NCBI RefSeq assembly: GCF_035084215.1
Contig: NC_090348.1
Span: forward strand, 46,376,001-46,440,000
Origin: Heptranchias perlo
Lineage: Eukaryota
Direction: 5' to 3'
DNA: 64,000 bases
This document shows positions 1-9,475 of the stretch, piece by piece; within the stretch, counting starts at the first letter, position 1, and each line of letters starts with the position of its first letter. The position numbers and the translations under genes were made by a program. Under the pieces are notes generated by a model. The model was given only the letters and a program-made list of their open reading frames with translations. It was not told the origin of the DNA and made no database searches.

Positions 1-571
1 GTCCACTGCTAATAACAGTGCCCTGCCCGCCAGTTTACCACTCATTGCCCATGGGCAAAGGTAACCCCCAGAATGTCTGTAACCTCGGATTGACCTCGGC
101 AATCAAGCTGAAGAAAAGAAAATCAGGCATTTCAACCTGGGGTCTGACCTGCTTAGAGAAGCAATTAAACTCTGGCTGACCTTACCCACTGTTTACTCAT
201 CAGGAATTAGACTTTGTGGCCTTAAAGGACACAGCTCCACCACAGCAGCAGAATACTACATGATGTAATCCTCCTTCCTTAGAAAACACTCACTCCTTTC
301 TTTTCCGCATAGGAATATTATTCTGGACAAGTTTTCCACCTTTTATTTATAATTTTTCTCATGTTTTTCTTCGTTTACTTCTCCTGACCACAGCCAGACA
401 CTAATGTCCCTGTAACCAGCCACGTTGCCTCATATTCACTCGAAGTAAGACCCTTGCAGCCAGCAGAGATTTCCATCCCATCAGTGTAAGCTGGATTGGA
501 AGACCGGCCCCAAAACTAAAAGGTCAGTGTCTAATCTCCTAAATCAGCCTGGTTCCCCTCCCGACACTAAC

Positions 572-647
572 CTTCTTTTGTAGGGATGTTAACCTCCAGC
601 ACAGTCCCATAACGTGAGAAAAGAGTCTTCAGGTCATCTTCTAAACA
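572..647 (-). CDS. RBM28: RBM28 exon 4 (RRM2 part, [26 protein letters not shown]); gene continues beyond the left edge
   Basis: Minus-strand tttttcctttcAG acceptor and GTtagt donor; 76 nt, phase 0 to 1; matches the recalled RBM28 segment [25 protein letters not shown]. Confidence 0.9.
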
Positions 648-844
648 CTGAAAGGAAAAACATGCCCATTAGACCAACAGTTACTGTTCTGAGGGCAATG
701 GCCACTCTCCCTGAAGGAAGGGAAATATTTGGGCGGAGACATGTGAAGACATGAACATTTAAGATGACCAATCCACCAACTCCTGCCTCCCTAATTTTTC
801 CTTCTTTAATAAACTAGGAATCACCACTCCTCAAATTACTTATT

Positions 845-1085
845 TTCAACCCTACTGTCCTTGCAAATTACCGCCCTATCTCCAACCTCCTTTTCTTCTC
901 CACAGTCCTTGAACATGTTGTCACCTCCCAAATCTGTGTCCATCTTTCCCACAACTCCATGTTTTAATTGCTCCCATCAGGTTTCCGCCCCTGCCACAGC
1001 ACTGATGCAGCCCTAATCAAAGTCACAAAAGACATCCTCTCTGCAGCCTTTGACAAGGTCGACCACACCATTCTCCTCCACCAAC
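845..1085 (+). mobile_element. Degraded L2-clade LINE reverse transcriptase fragment
   Basis: Frames give [27 protein letters not shown] and SAAFDKVDH, with internal deletions. Confidence 0.7.
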
Positions 1086-1382
1086 TCTCTTGACCCCTCC
1101 ACTTCCTCTGTGCTGTCAGACTGATTATCCAACATCCAGTCTTGGATGAACTGCAAGTTATAATGAGTCAGCAACTGCCACCAGAGATCCTGGGCCATTT
1201 CATCCATAATTACAATTTTGATCATGTGTGATTAATCTCAACCTGGCGGTGAATTGCAGGCAGCTTCAAGCTGCAGATTCACACTGAAGAGCTGGCTTGA
1301 GGGTCCCCCCAAACTAATTTATTGTAGGACTTTTAACAGTTGCCAGAGACAAAACTGTCATGTAAAGCGTTAGCAGGCTGTG

Positions 1383-1535
1383 GCACCCAGTCTGTGTAAG
1401 ATTCATGCACAGTATTGGTAACAGACTGCAGCACCTAGTCTGGGTAAGATTTACGTACAGCGTTTGTAACAGACTGCAGCACCCAGTCTGGGTAAGATTT
1501 ACATACAGCTTTTGTAACAGACTACAGAACCCAAT
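1383..1535. repeat. 48-bp tandem repeat, about 3 copies, in RBM28 intron 3
   Basis: Unit GCACCCAGTCTGGGTAAGATTTACRTACAGCKTTTGTAACAGACTGCA repeated with substitutions. Confidence 0.85.
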
Positions 1536-1714
1536 CTCCCAGGAGTTCTTAAAAATGAAATGACACTGGACCTGTCCAGGAAAGGAGATTTTAACTTCAG
1601 ATCTGTCACATATAGGGGACAGAGACTGGCTGAGGGACAGTAGAGCTGGTTGACTAAGACTTCAATTGATATTGAGACCGGGAGTTGATCCTCAAGTGAA
1701 TGGCTGCTCAGTAC

Positions 1715-1809
1715 CTTAAAGCTCAGGTTTCGAACAATCAGCCTCGCTTTCCTCTGCAATTTCTTCACCGTTTGTGGTTTTGTGTTTTCTTTAGGAGCTT
1801 CCTTGCGGA
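1715..1809 (-). CDS. RBM28: RBM28 exon 3 (VRKEAPKENTKPQTVKKLQRKARLIVRNLSFK)
   Basis: ttttttgcAG acceptor and GTactg donor; 95 nt, phase 1 to 0; KARLIVRNLSFK is the RBM28 RRM2 RNP2 motif. Confidence 0.92.
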
Positions 1810-1944
1810 CTGCAAAAAAAAATCTAAAAATATCATGAATTCACGTAAAAGGTTTAAGAAAGGAGTCTTTTCTTCATCAATATGAAGGATGTCAGCACTG
1901 GGCCGTAGAATATGTTTCTCTACACTTTGCTACCACTGTCAGTA

Positions 1945-2265
1945 CACAACAGTTCCAGGCCCAGTACAGTAAGGGTTAGATACGGATTAAGCTCCCTCTG
2001 CACTGTCCCATCACTCCCAGGACAGGTACAGCACAGGTTAGATACAGAATAAAGCTCCCTCTACACTGTGCCATCAAACACTCCCAGGGCAGGTACAGCA
2101 CGGGTTAGATACAGAGTAAAGCTCCCTCTGCACTGTCCCGTCAAACACTCCCAGGGCAGGTACAGCACGGTTTAGATATAGAATAAAGCTCCCTCTACAC
2201 TGTCCCATCAAACACTCCCAGGGCAGGTACAGCACGGGTTAGATACAGAGTAAAACTCCCTCCAC
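1945..2265. repeat. About 67-bp minisatellite, about 4.5 copies
   Basis: Unit GGGTTAGATACAGAGTAAAGCTCCCTCTACACTGTCCCATCAAACACTCCCAGGGCAGGTACAGCAC; the same unit recurs at 27745-28230 and inverted at 55540-55630. Confidence 0.9.
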
Positions 2266-3199
2266 AAGTCAACAGTGCACCTTAACTCCACCCTCAGAAG
2301 AATGCCTTCTCTGCAACAGTCTTCATTCCCATCTTTGTGTTTTCTGAGTGAAACTGGAAACACGTGTCAAATTTAGGGGTGTGGTTTTGTGCTGTGAACT
2401 TACTTTGTCTAAGAATGGGATTGAGACAGCCCCAAGCTCTTATAGGACACTTACAGTCGTTGGAACAGGAGACTGCACTGGATTTGAACCCAGCCCCAGC
2501 GATGAAAGGATATTTTTCAAACACACTCCAAATGTTGAGATTCCACATGTTGTGAAGTTGAAATGTAAATGGAGTACTAGGTTCACATTAAAATATGCAG
2601 AATAGTCCTACACAGGAACAGAAATTTATTTTTAAAGTTTGCTACAATGTTGAATGAAACTTTTTCAATTGAAAACACCTGCAGCCGTTGCCCAAAAGCT
2701 GGTCACAAGCTGTAAATTCTGTGGATTGGCAGTGTCATATAGCAGAGGGTAATGCAGAATGAACAAGCAGCAATCAGAGCCTTCTTTACCTGGTAACTGT
2801 ATCCAGCAGAACCTCATCTTGCTGAAGTAACTGGGGCTCTGATCAGACTGGTGGGTGGAATTTCAGTCACTGCAGAATTGCAAAGTGGGACCTCTAGCCT
2901 GCCAGAACCCCTGGATTAACTGAAGATCTTCCAGCCCCAATGGCTCACCATCTGCAGGCAACACTCTGTCTATAGTTGCCATTGTGTTTCACTAGTGACG
3001 GAGCAGCCCAGTGAAAATACTCACCAGGCCCATGAATTCAAACAGTTGAACTGCGAAGCAATAGTGCTGTACAAAGCTCACTGGAGGTACTAGTCTACAA
3101 AGGTGCTCGTGGAACATGCTGTTCATCTGCGCCCCCCATCCCCCCCACAATTCTTGGTGGAATATAGTTCCACCAGCGTTGGCTGTCCTCCGATACCAT

Positions 3200-3548
3200 A
3201 TCCGTCCTTCATGTACAAGCTCAGGCAGCAAGTGTCAACATGCTATTCAACCATGAGGGCATAACAATCGAGCCTGATCCTGTTCTCTCCCAGTGACCAC
3301 AAGCACGCACACACACACACAACACTTTGCAGCAAGGAGATGGGGGAATCAATGACTAGCAATCACAAGCAGGAACAATAGCTGTTTTTCCTCTCCCCAG
3401 CCCAAGTGATACTGAGGCCAATTGTAACAGCCCAAGTACTTCCCAGCTGAGGTCAGCTAAATGGAGCACAGCCTGTGAATTAGCCCTGGTACTTTACCGG
3501 TGTGTATGGCTCAGTGATGCATCAGACAGTCCCTTTACCCACTGGACA
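3200..3548 (-). mobile_element. Old tRNA-type SINE (unnamed family, many copies in the window)
   Basis: Shares blocks (GCTGATCTCAGC, ACAATTGGCCTCAG, GGCTGTGATGCC) with copies near 12730-13025, 20790-21130, 26180-26560, 32210-32560, 39090-39430, 40625-41030, 45020-45310, 53200-53480 and 62270-62580. Confidence 0.6.
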
Positions 3549-3654
3549 TTGGGAAGCCAGCCTTCTGGCTGATTTACAGGAAGTCACCATCTTGTGGCAT
3601 CGCTCTAGTTATGTGCTCAATACAGTGTGGGCATCTTGACTGGGGAACTGAGCA

Positions 3655-4055
3655 CCTTCCTTTCAGGCACACCCAGAATGGCACGTGTTTGGATGCACAG
3701 TGAAGCTCCCTATCCCCAATCCAACAACGTGCTTCCCCATATGGTGAAAGACCGGCTTAGATTGATGGGCCGAAGGGCCTGTCGCTGGGCTGTCACATTC
3801 TAATTTCACAACAGCACCCGTACTGACCTAGAGTGACAATTTTTTCCATTTCCCACACCAGCCTGAGTGAGATGGTCAGTTCAGTGTCACATTAGAGGCC
3901 GATTTGTCCTGTGGGTCCATACTAACTAGAAAGTGGATTGAGACTGTCCAAATGCATTTCATATAGGGTCCTTACAGCCACCAATTGTCTGGGTCTGATT
4001 TGACCCCAACTCCCAGAGGTGAACGGTCAGTGTCTGACCCACTGCATCACTTACT
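3655..4055 (-). mobile_element. LF-SINE-like element
   Basis: Reverse complement shows a tRNA-like head (TTCACCTCTGGG..GGTCAAATC) and CCTATATGAAATG..GTCTCAATCCACTTTCTAGT blocks resembling the recalled LF-SINE consensus; related copies near 420-555, 43535-43870 and 55265-55670. Confidence 0.5.
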
Positions 4056-4152
4056 CACAACTTGAATTTAAATTCTATATAAATTCTCCTTGGTTAAGCA
4101 GTTCAAAATGGAGGAACACGTATTCCCATCTGCTCATGGCTGGAGCACTCAC

Positions 4153-4296
4153 CCTCTTTCTTCCCCAAAAGTTTCTTCTTGGCGAGAGAAGCAGAGAGTT
4201 TCTGGTCATCGTAGAACTTCACCTCTTTCAGTGCTTTCTGCGCGTCCTCAGGAAGGGAAAACGTCACATATCCAAAACCACGACAAGTCTGACTCC
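4153..4296 (-). CDS. RBM28: RBM28 exon 2 (SQTCRGFGYVTFSLPEDAQKALKEVKFYDDQKLSASLAKKKLLGKKE)
   Basis: ctcttttcctccAG acceptor and GTgagt donor; 144 nt, phase 1 to 1; RGFGYVTF is the RNP1 motif of RRM1. Confidence 0.93.
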
Positions 4297-4509
4297 CTGG
4301 AGGAAAAGAGAGGAGTCAGTCACCGCTCTGCATCAAACTCTGCTCAAATAAATTACAGCATCCCTACAGGGTACAGTGCAATGTACACATCCAGCAACTT
4401 AGTCAATTATCAGCACAGTGTGAGCTCGTTGCTCGACCATCATTCCAATGCAAGTCACTACTCGACAACTCTGCACTGGAAATTGCAGGGTGCAGTTTCA
4501 GTTGCATTG

Positions 4510-4785
4510 TGTCAGCTTGGCTTCTTGTCAGAAGGTTGTGGGTTCAATCCCCATCCAGGACTTAAACACATCACGACAGCTGACACTTCATTGCAGTACT
4601 GAAGGAGTGCTGCATTGTCAGAGTTGCGGTCCTTTGTATAAGACATTAAACCGAGGCCCCATCTGCCTGTACAGATAAACCTTAAAGATTCTCTGGTACT
4701 GTTCAAAGAAGAGCAGAGAAAGTTATTCTTGTATTTGGCCAACATTCATCTCTCAACCAACATCACCAAAACAGATTAGCTTGTC
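4510..4785 (+). mobile_element. SacSINE1-like Deu-domain SINE, 3' truncated
   Basis: Aligns by eye with the full copies at 7148-7588 and 8540-8998. Confidence 0.7.
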
Positions 4786-5015
4786 ACCCGAAGGGTCATC
4801 AACCTGAAATGTTAAGTCTGTTTCTTCCTCCACAGACGCTGCCTGAGTATCTCCAGCATTTTCTGTTTTTACATGAGCTTGTCACTCATTACATTGCTGC
4901 GCGTGGGATCCTGCTATGCAGAGATGTTGTCTTTGCATTTGTTCGCGTAATTGGGAGTGAAATTGGTCTTTGCCAGTAGCCCGAAACGATCTCGTAGCGG
5001 ATCAAACCCGATTTC

Positions 5016-5505
5016 ATAGAATGATACAGCACAAGAGGCCGCTGTTCGGCCCACTGCACTTGTGCCAGCTCTTTGAAAGAGCTATCCAATTAGTCCCACT
5101 CCCCTACTCTTTCCCCATAGCACTGTAAATTTGTCCTCTTCACGTATTTATCCAATTCCCTTTTGAAAGTTGTGATGTGGAGATGCCGGTGATGGACTGG
5201 GGTGGACAAATGTAAGGAATTTTACAACACCAGGTTATAGTCCAACAGTTTTATTTGAAAATAAAGCTCCGAAAGCTTGTGATTTTCAAATAAAACTGTT
5301 GGACTATAACCTGGTGTTGTAAGATTCCCTCCTTTTGAAAGTTATTATTGAATCTGCTTCTACCGCCCTTTCAAGCAATGCATTGCAGATCAGAACAACT
5401 CGCTGCCTAAAAAAATGTTTTCCTCATGTGGCCTCTGGTTCTTTTGCCAATTATCTTAAATCTGTGTCCTCTGATTACCGACCCTTCTGCCACTGGAAAT
5501 AGTTT
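5016..5505 (-). mobile_element. CR1 LINE 3' end, interrupted by a Penelope-type insertion
   Basis: Homologous to the uninterrupted copy at 60740-60990; CATAGAATGATACAGCAC tail. Confidence 0.75.
5172..5330. mobile_element. Short palindromic Penelope-like element end with 13-bp TSD
   Basis: CCTTTTGAAAGTT at 5159-5171 and 5331-5343; inverted arms; same family as 42931-43179. Confidence 0.8.
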
Positions 5506-5812
5506 CAACGCACCCGTGTAAAACGGGCTGCCGATTCACTTTAAGCCTGTTTCATTCTACTGGCTAAGACCAAAGTCACCACCCTATTGAGCCGGGAGGT
5601 GATGAGGGTTTTTCTGCAACAGATGGGCTGAGGTCGAGGAGGTGGGCGGGCCTGGTGACCAGGATACGGGGCTGGGAGTTCGGCTCAGGTGGAACAGTAC
5701 GCTGCAGATTCGCCCAGCCTGAGCAGGTGGAAGACTCGGAGAGGAACACACCGCCTCTAACCAGCGTGCTGCTGCCGCTACTCCTGCCCCACGGGTGGGC
5801 CTCACGCCTCAC

Positions 5813-5969
5813 CTCTCTCCTTCACAACGAAGCAGTGTTTGACCGGCCCCAGTTCGCTGTAAATCTCCTCTAGCCGCCCGCTGGCCGCAGAGGCCGGCAG
5901 ATTCCTCACGAAAACGGTAGTCAAACGGCCCCGAACCTCCGGTAACACCTCTCCCGTGGAGGTGGCCAT
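5813..5969 (-). CDS. RBM28: RBM28 exon 1 ([53 protein letters not shown])
   Basis: aagATGg Kozak context at 5969 and GTgagg donor, phase 1; RRM1 start matches RBM28 ([29 protein letters not shown]); CpG-rich surroundings. Confidence 0.92.
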
Positions 5970-6505
5970 CTTTAATGTGCTATTGCCCAACCGCTCCGAC
6001 CGGAGGAATACAGTCGCACCAAACAGTCCGGGTGGAGAGAAAACGTTCCTTCCTCCACCTTTCATTTTTTGTAGGTCACAGAAATTATTTCCTTGTTTGA
6101 TTTATTATTCGGCGGAGGATTTCTCACATTATTATTACTGGCATACCGATTCTCACATTTCTACAGATAGGAAAAACCTTTCTCTTGCATCTCTTTGTAA
6201 CACCCCAGCTCTATTTCAATTGCAATCTATGTTAATATTTTATCCAAAAAAGTACACCAAGGTACTTTTTGTTAACAGTATTTCTAATCTCTTTATACAA
6301 ATAAGTGACACGCTTATTGCTGACCCACAGACCTAACAATGGAGTCTCCCTCCCTGCTAGGACACTGCAATGATATTAATTACTGGGAGCAAACCATTGT
6401 GGTGCGCATCTTCAGAGGAGACTGAGGACGACTCAGGAGAAGCCTGACATCGGGAAACCTTGTCACAGGGTGGGAATGCTACTGTTCAAGGGTCTTGGGA
6501 ACATC

Positions 6506-6715
6506 CGAACAGGAGTAGGCCATTCAGCCCCTCGAGCCTGTTCTACCATTCAATAGATGGTGGCTGATCTTTAGCTTAACTACGCACCTTGGTTCTGTAA
6601 CGCTTAATACCCTGGCCTAACAAAAATTTATCACTCTCAGTTTTGACATTTTCAATTGACCCCTAGCCTTATCAGTTTTTGTGGGTGTTGGGGGGGGGGG
6701 GAATGTTCCACATTT
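6506..6715 (-). mobile_element. CR1 LINE 3' end fragment
   Basis: GAACAGGAGTAGGCCATTCAGCCCCTCGAGCCTG tail shared with 11770-12030 and 42350-42600. Confidence 0.7.
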
Positions 6716-7147
6716 AGGATATTTTTTTTAAAAATTGAAGAAATCTGTGGTGAAAGGTGATTGTTTCATTCTGTAACTGGTCATATTCTTCATAGTGAGT
6801 CAAGTTGTTTTATAACAGTATTTTATTGTCAAAGTATGATGAAAGTGTGACAGAGCAAATACGCAATATTCGCAAGACTCTTAACATATTAGCAGCAGAT
6901 CACCCACGGTGATGCTCAGGGGAGTCAGAGGATACACTCAAGTGTGATACTAAAGTCTAACAGGAAGTACGTATAACACTTACGAGAAGCACATGCTACG
7001 TGTGAGATAATACAGATATAAAAAACATAAAGCACACAGAAGAGAAAACACTCCCCTTAGAATTTCTCCTGTTAAGAATTGTTAGGGAGAGGAAGAGGCA
7101 TTGGATACAAAAAAGAAAAGCAAGCTTCTAGTACACAACTTTCTAGA

Positions 7148-7588
7148 GTCAGCCATGGCTCAGTGGTAGCACTCTCGCCTCTGAGTCACAGGGTCATGGG
7201 TTCAACCCCCATTCCAGAAAAATAGAGCACATAATCTAGGGAGTACTGCACTGTCTGAGGTGCCGTCTTTTGGATGAGGTGTTAAACTGAGACCCTGTCT
7301 GCCCTCTTAGATGGATGTAAAAGATGCCATAGCACTAATCGAAGAGGAGCGGGGGAGTTCTCCCTGGTGTTCTGGCCAATATTTATCCCTTGACCAACAT
7401 CACTAAAATAGATTATTTGGTGATGTATCTCACTGCTGTTTGTGGAATCTTGCTGTGCACAAATTGGCTGCCACATTTTCCTACATTACAGCAGTGATTA
7501 CACTTCAAGAAGTTCTTCATTGACTGTAAAGCGCTTTGGGACGTCCTGAGGTTGTGAAAGATGCTACAGAAATGCAAGTTCTTTCTTT
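7148..7588 (+). mobile_element. SacSINE1-like (Deu-domain, tRNA-derived) SINE, near full length
   Basis: A box TGGCTCAGTGG and B box GGTTCAACCC; conserved core; L2-type tail CTGTAAAGCGCTTTGGGACGTCCTGAGG..AAATGCAAGT(TCTT)n. Confidence 0.8.
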
Positions 7589-8293
7589 AGAACACAAATT
7601 TAGCAATGGAGTTCCATTTGAGGTGAGATAGCAATACCAAGAATATTAACAGATTAAAAAAGGACGAAGGGTAGAGACTCAAAGAAATGAGACTTGAGAG
7701 ACAGAAAGAAACTGTGACTTTGAAGAATTGAAATAAACAAGATTTCCTTTGGACCGTCACAGGCCATGGAAGAGATGCAGTGATTCAGCCATTGCAATGC
7801 CAGAGGGATAGAAGTTGAGTGCATTAAGGGCATGTGACCTGGGGGAAGTTAATGAATGTAAAGTGGAAACATCAGCAAAAGTGTGAATAGGGCTAGAGGA
7901 GACCATTGAGATGAAGTAGGCTCTATGTTTCAGGTTTTCCCACTCTGCTGCAGGTCTGTGATCTCACTGGAAAAGTGATGCACCCCCTGACAACTATTAT
8001 GACACCCCCATCTGCTGTCATCTCCTTAATTAACCCAATCTGGGTACCGCTTGAGTTTGACTGATGTGCAGTTTGTCCCAGTTGGATGTAGCCTGGTCCA
8101 ATCGGAAGGAGTTTGATTCCTGGCATCTGTAATCCTTTTGCATGCGAGCCTCAGCTGTCAATTACTGAAGTGACGGCAGAGCTGAAATGGAACCCTTTAC
8201 GCAGAACAAGACCAACAGGCGCACGACAGAAGAGTAGTAACTTGGAAAGAGAACTGGCCAGAGAATCACAAGGGGAGGGGAGAAGGAGTGAAG

Positions 8294-8485
8294 ATGGATC
8301 AGTCGACACCTTTGCGACGTGACTTCTTCATGGGTATAACAGAAGCCATCGATTCTGGCACTGAATCTGCACGACCCAGTCCTGCACAGCTCGGGGTGGA
8401 AGGTGGATCTCTGCACAAGCTCCTGCGATCCCGGGAATACAACCTCTTTGCTCAGTCCGCTGTCTTTGAAAGTGATTTTATTCAG
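8294..8485 (+). CDS. FAM71/GARIN-family (Golgi-associated RAB2 interactor-like) gene, coding exon 1
   Basis: aagATGg start; 64 codons ending LHKLLRSREYNLFAQSAVFESDFIQ, compared with FAM71 [25 protein letters not shown]; GT donor at 8486, phase 0. Confidence 0.85.
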
Positions 8486-8539
8486 GTACAAACATTAAGA
8501 CAAGAATCCATAATACGTAACAGGTTACATGGGACAGGT

Positions 8540-8998
8540 GGCAGCTGTGGATCAGTTGGTATCACTCTTGCCTCTGAGTCAAAAGATTGTGGCTTCATGT
8601 CCCACTCCAGAGATTTCAGCACAAAATCTAGGCTGACACTCCAGTGCAGTACAGGGGGAGTGCTGCAGTCGGAGGTGCCGTCTTTCGGATGAGACGTTAA
8701 ACCAAGGCCCCGTCTGTCCTCTCAGGTGGGCGTAAATGATCCCATGACACTATTCAAAGAAGAGCAGGGGAGTTCTCCTGGTGTCCTGGCCAATATTTAT
8801 CCCTCAACCAACATCACTAAAAACAGATAATCTGGTCATTATCACATTGCTGTTTGTGGGACTTTGCTGTGCGCAAATTGGCTGCCATGTTTCCTACATA
8901 ACAACAGTGACTACACTTCAAAAGTACTTCATTGTAAAGCACTTTGGGACATCCGGAGGTCATGAAAGGCCCTATTTAAATGCAAGTTCTTTCTTTCT
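8540..8998 (+). mobile_element. SacSINE1-like SINE, full length
   Basis: Same head, core and tail as 7148-7588. Confidence 0.8.
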
Positions 8999-9183
8999 AT
9001 GTTAATTCTATAGTTCAAGAAGATGCCACAATAAGACGGGCTAGATTTTCCAGCCACTGACTATGAGTGGATGAATATTGTGCTCATTGAGCTGATTCCA
9101 GTCAGTGCTGGGGAATAAAATCTTTTCCATTCCAGGCACCCAGTGTCAGCATCAAGCAGCACAAACAGTTGCAGAGCAAAAAG

Positions 9184-9475
9184 GGCCTGGCCGACATGGT
9201 CATCCACAGGTCCAGGTTGGACGCGGCCCATTGGGGTGGTCAATTTGGCTGCCTGAATCTCTTCCGCAGTCTTGTCCACCGCAGGGTGGCCCTGGAGAAG
9301 GAACACGCGGTGTCCACCAGTACCTTCTGCAACCAGCGGGCACTGCAGGGACTGGAGTGTATAGTGGATACTAGGTATAATATTATTTAAGTTTATAAGT
9401 TTCCTTTGGTTTTATGGTTTAGTTCTTTATTAGTTGTGCCCCTCTAAAAAGGGGACACTTTTGTTTGTGTTTGTT
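9184..9475 (+). mobile_element. Tx1-clade (L1 group) LINE 3' end
   Basis: Translates GLADMVIHRSR..CLNLFRSLVHRRVALEKEHAVST..QGLECIVD then stop, typical of the Tx1 ORF2 C-terminus, followed by a T-rich 3' UTR with a GTGCCCCT/AGGGGACAC hairpin. Confidence 0.6.

Noticed and set aside
4019-4602. Plus-strand ORFs of 110 and 170 aa
   Set aside because: Antisense shadows of RBM28 exon 2 running into SINE sequence.
7148-7220. tRNA gene
   Set aside because: The A and B boxes belong to the tRNA-derived head of a SINE; no complete cloverleaf.
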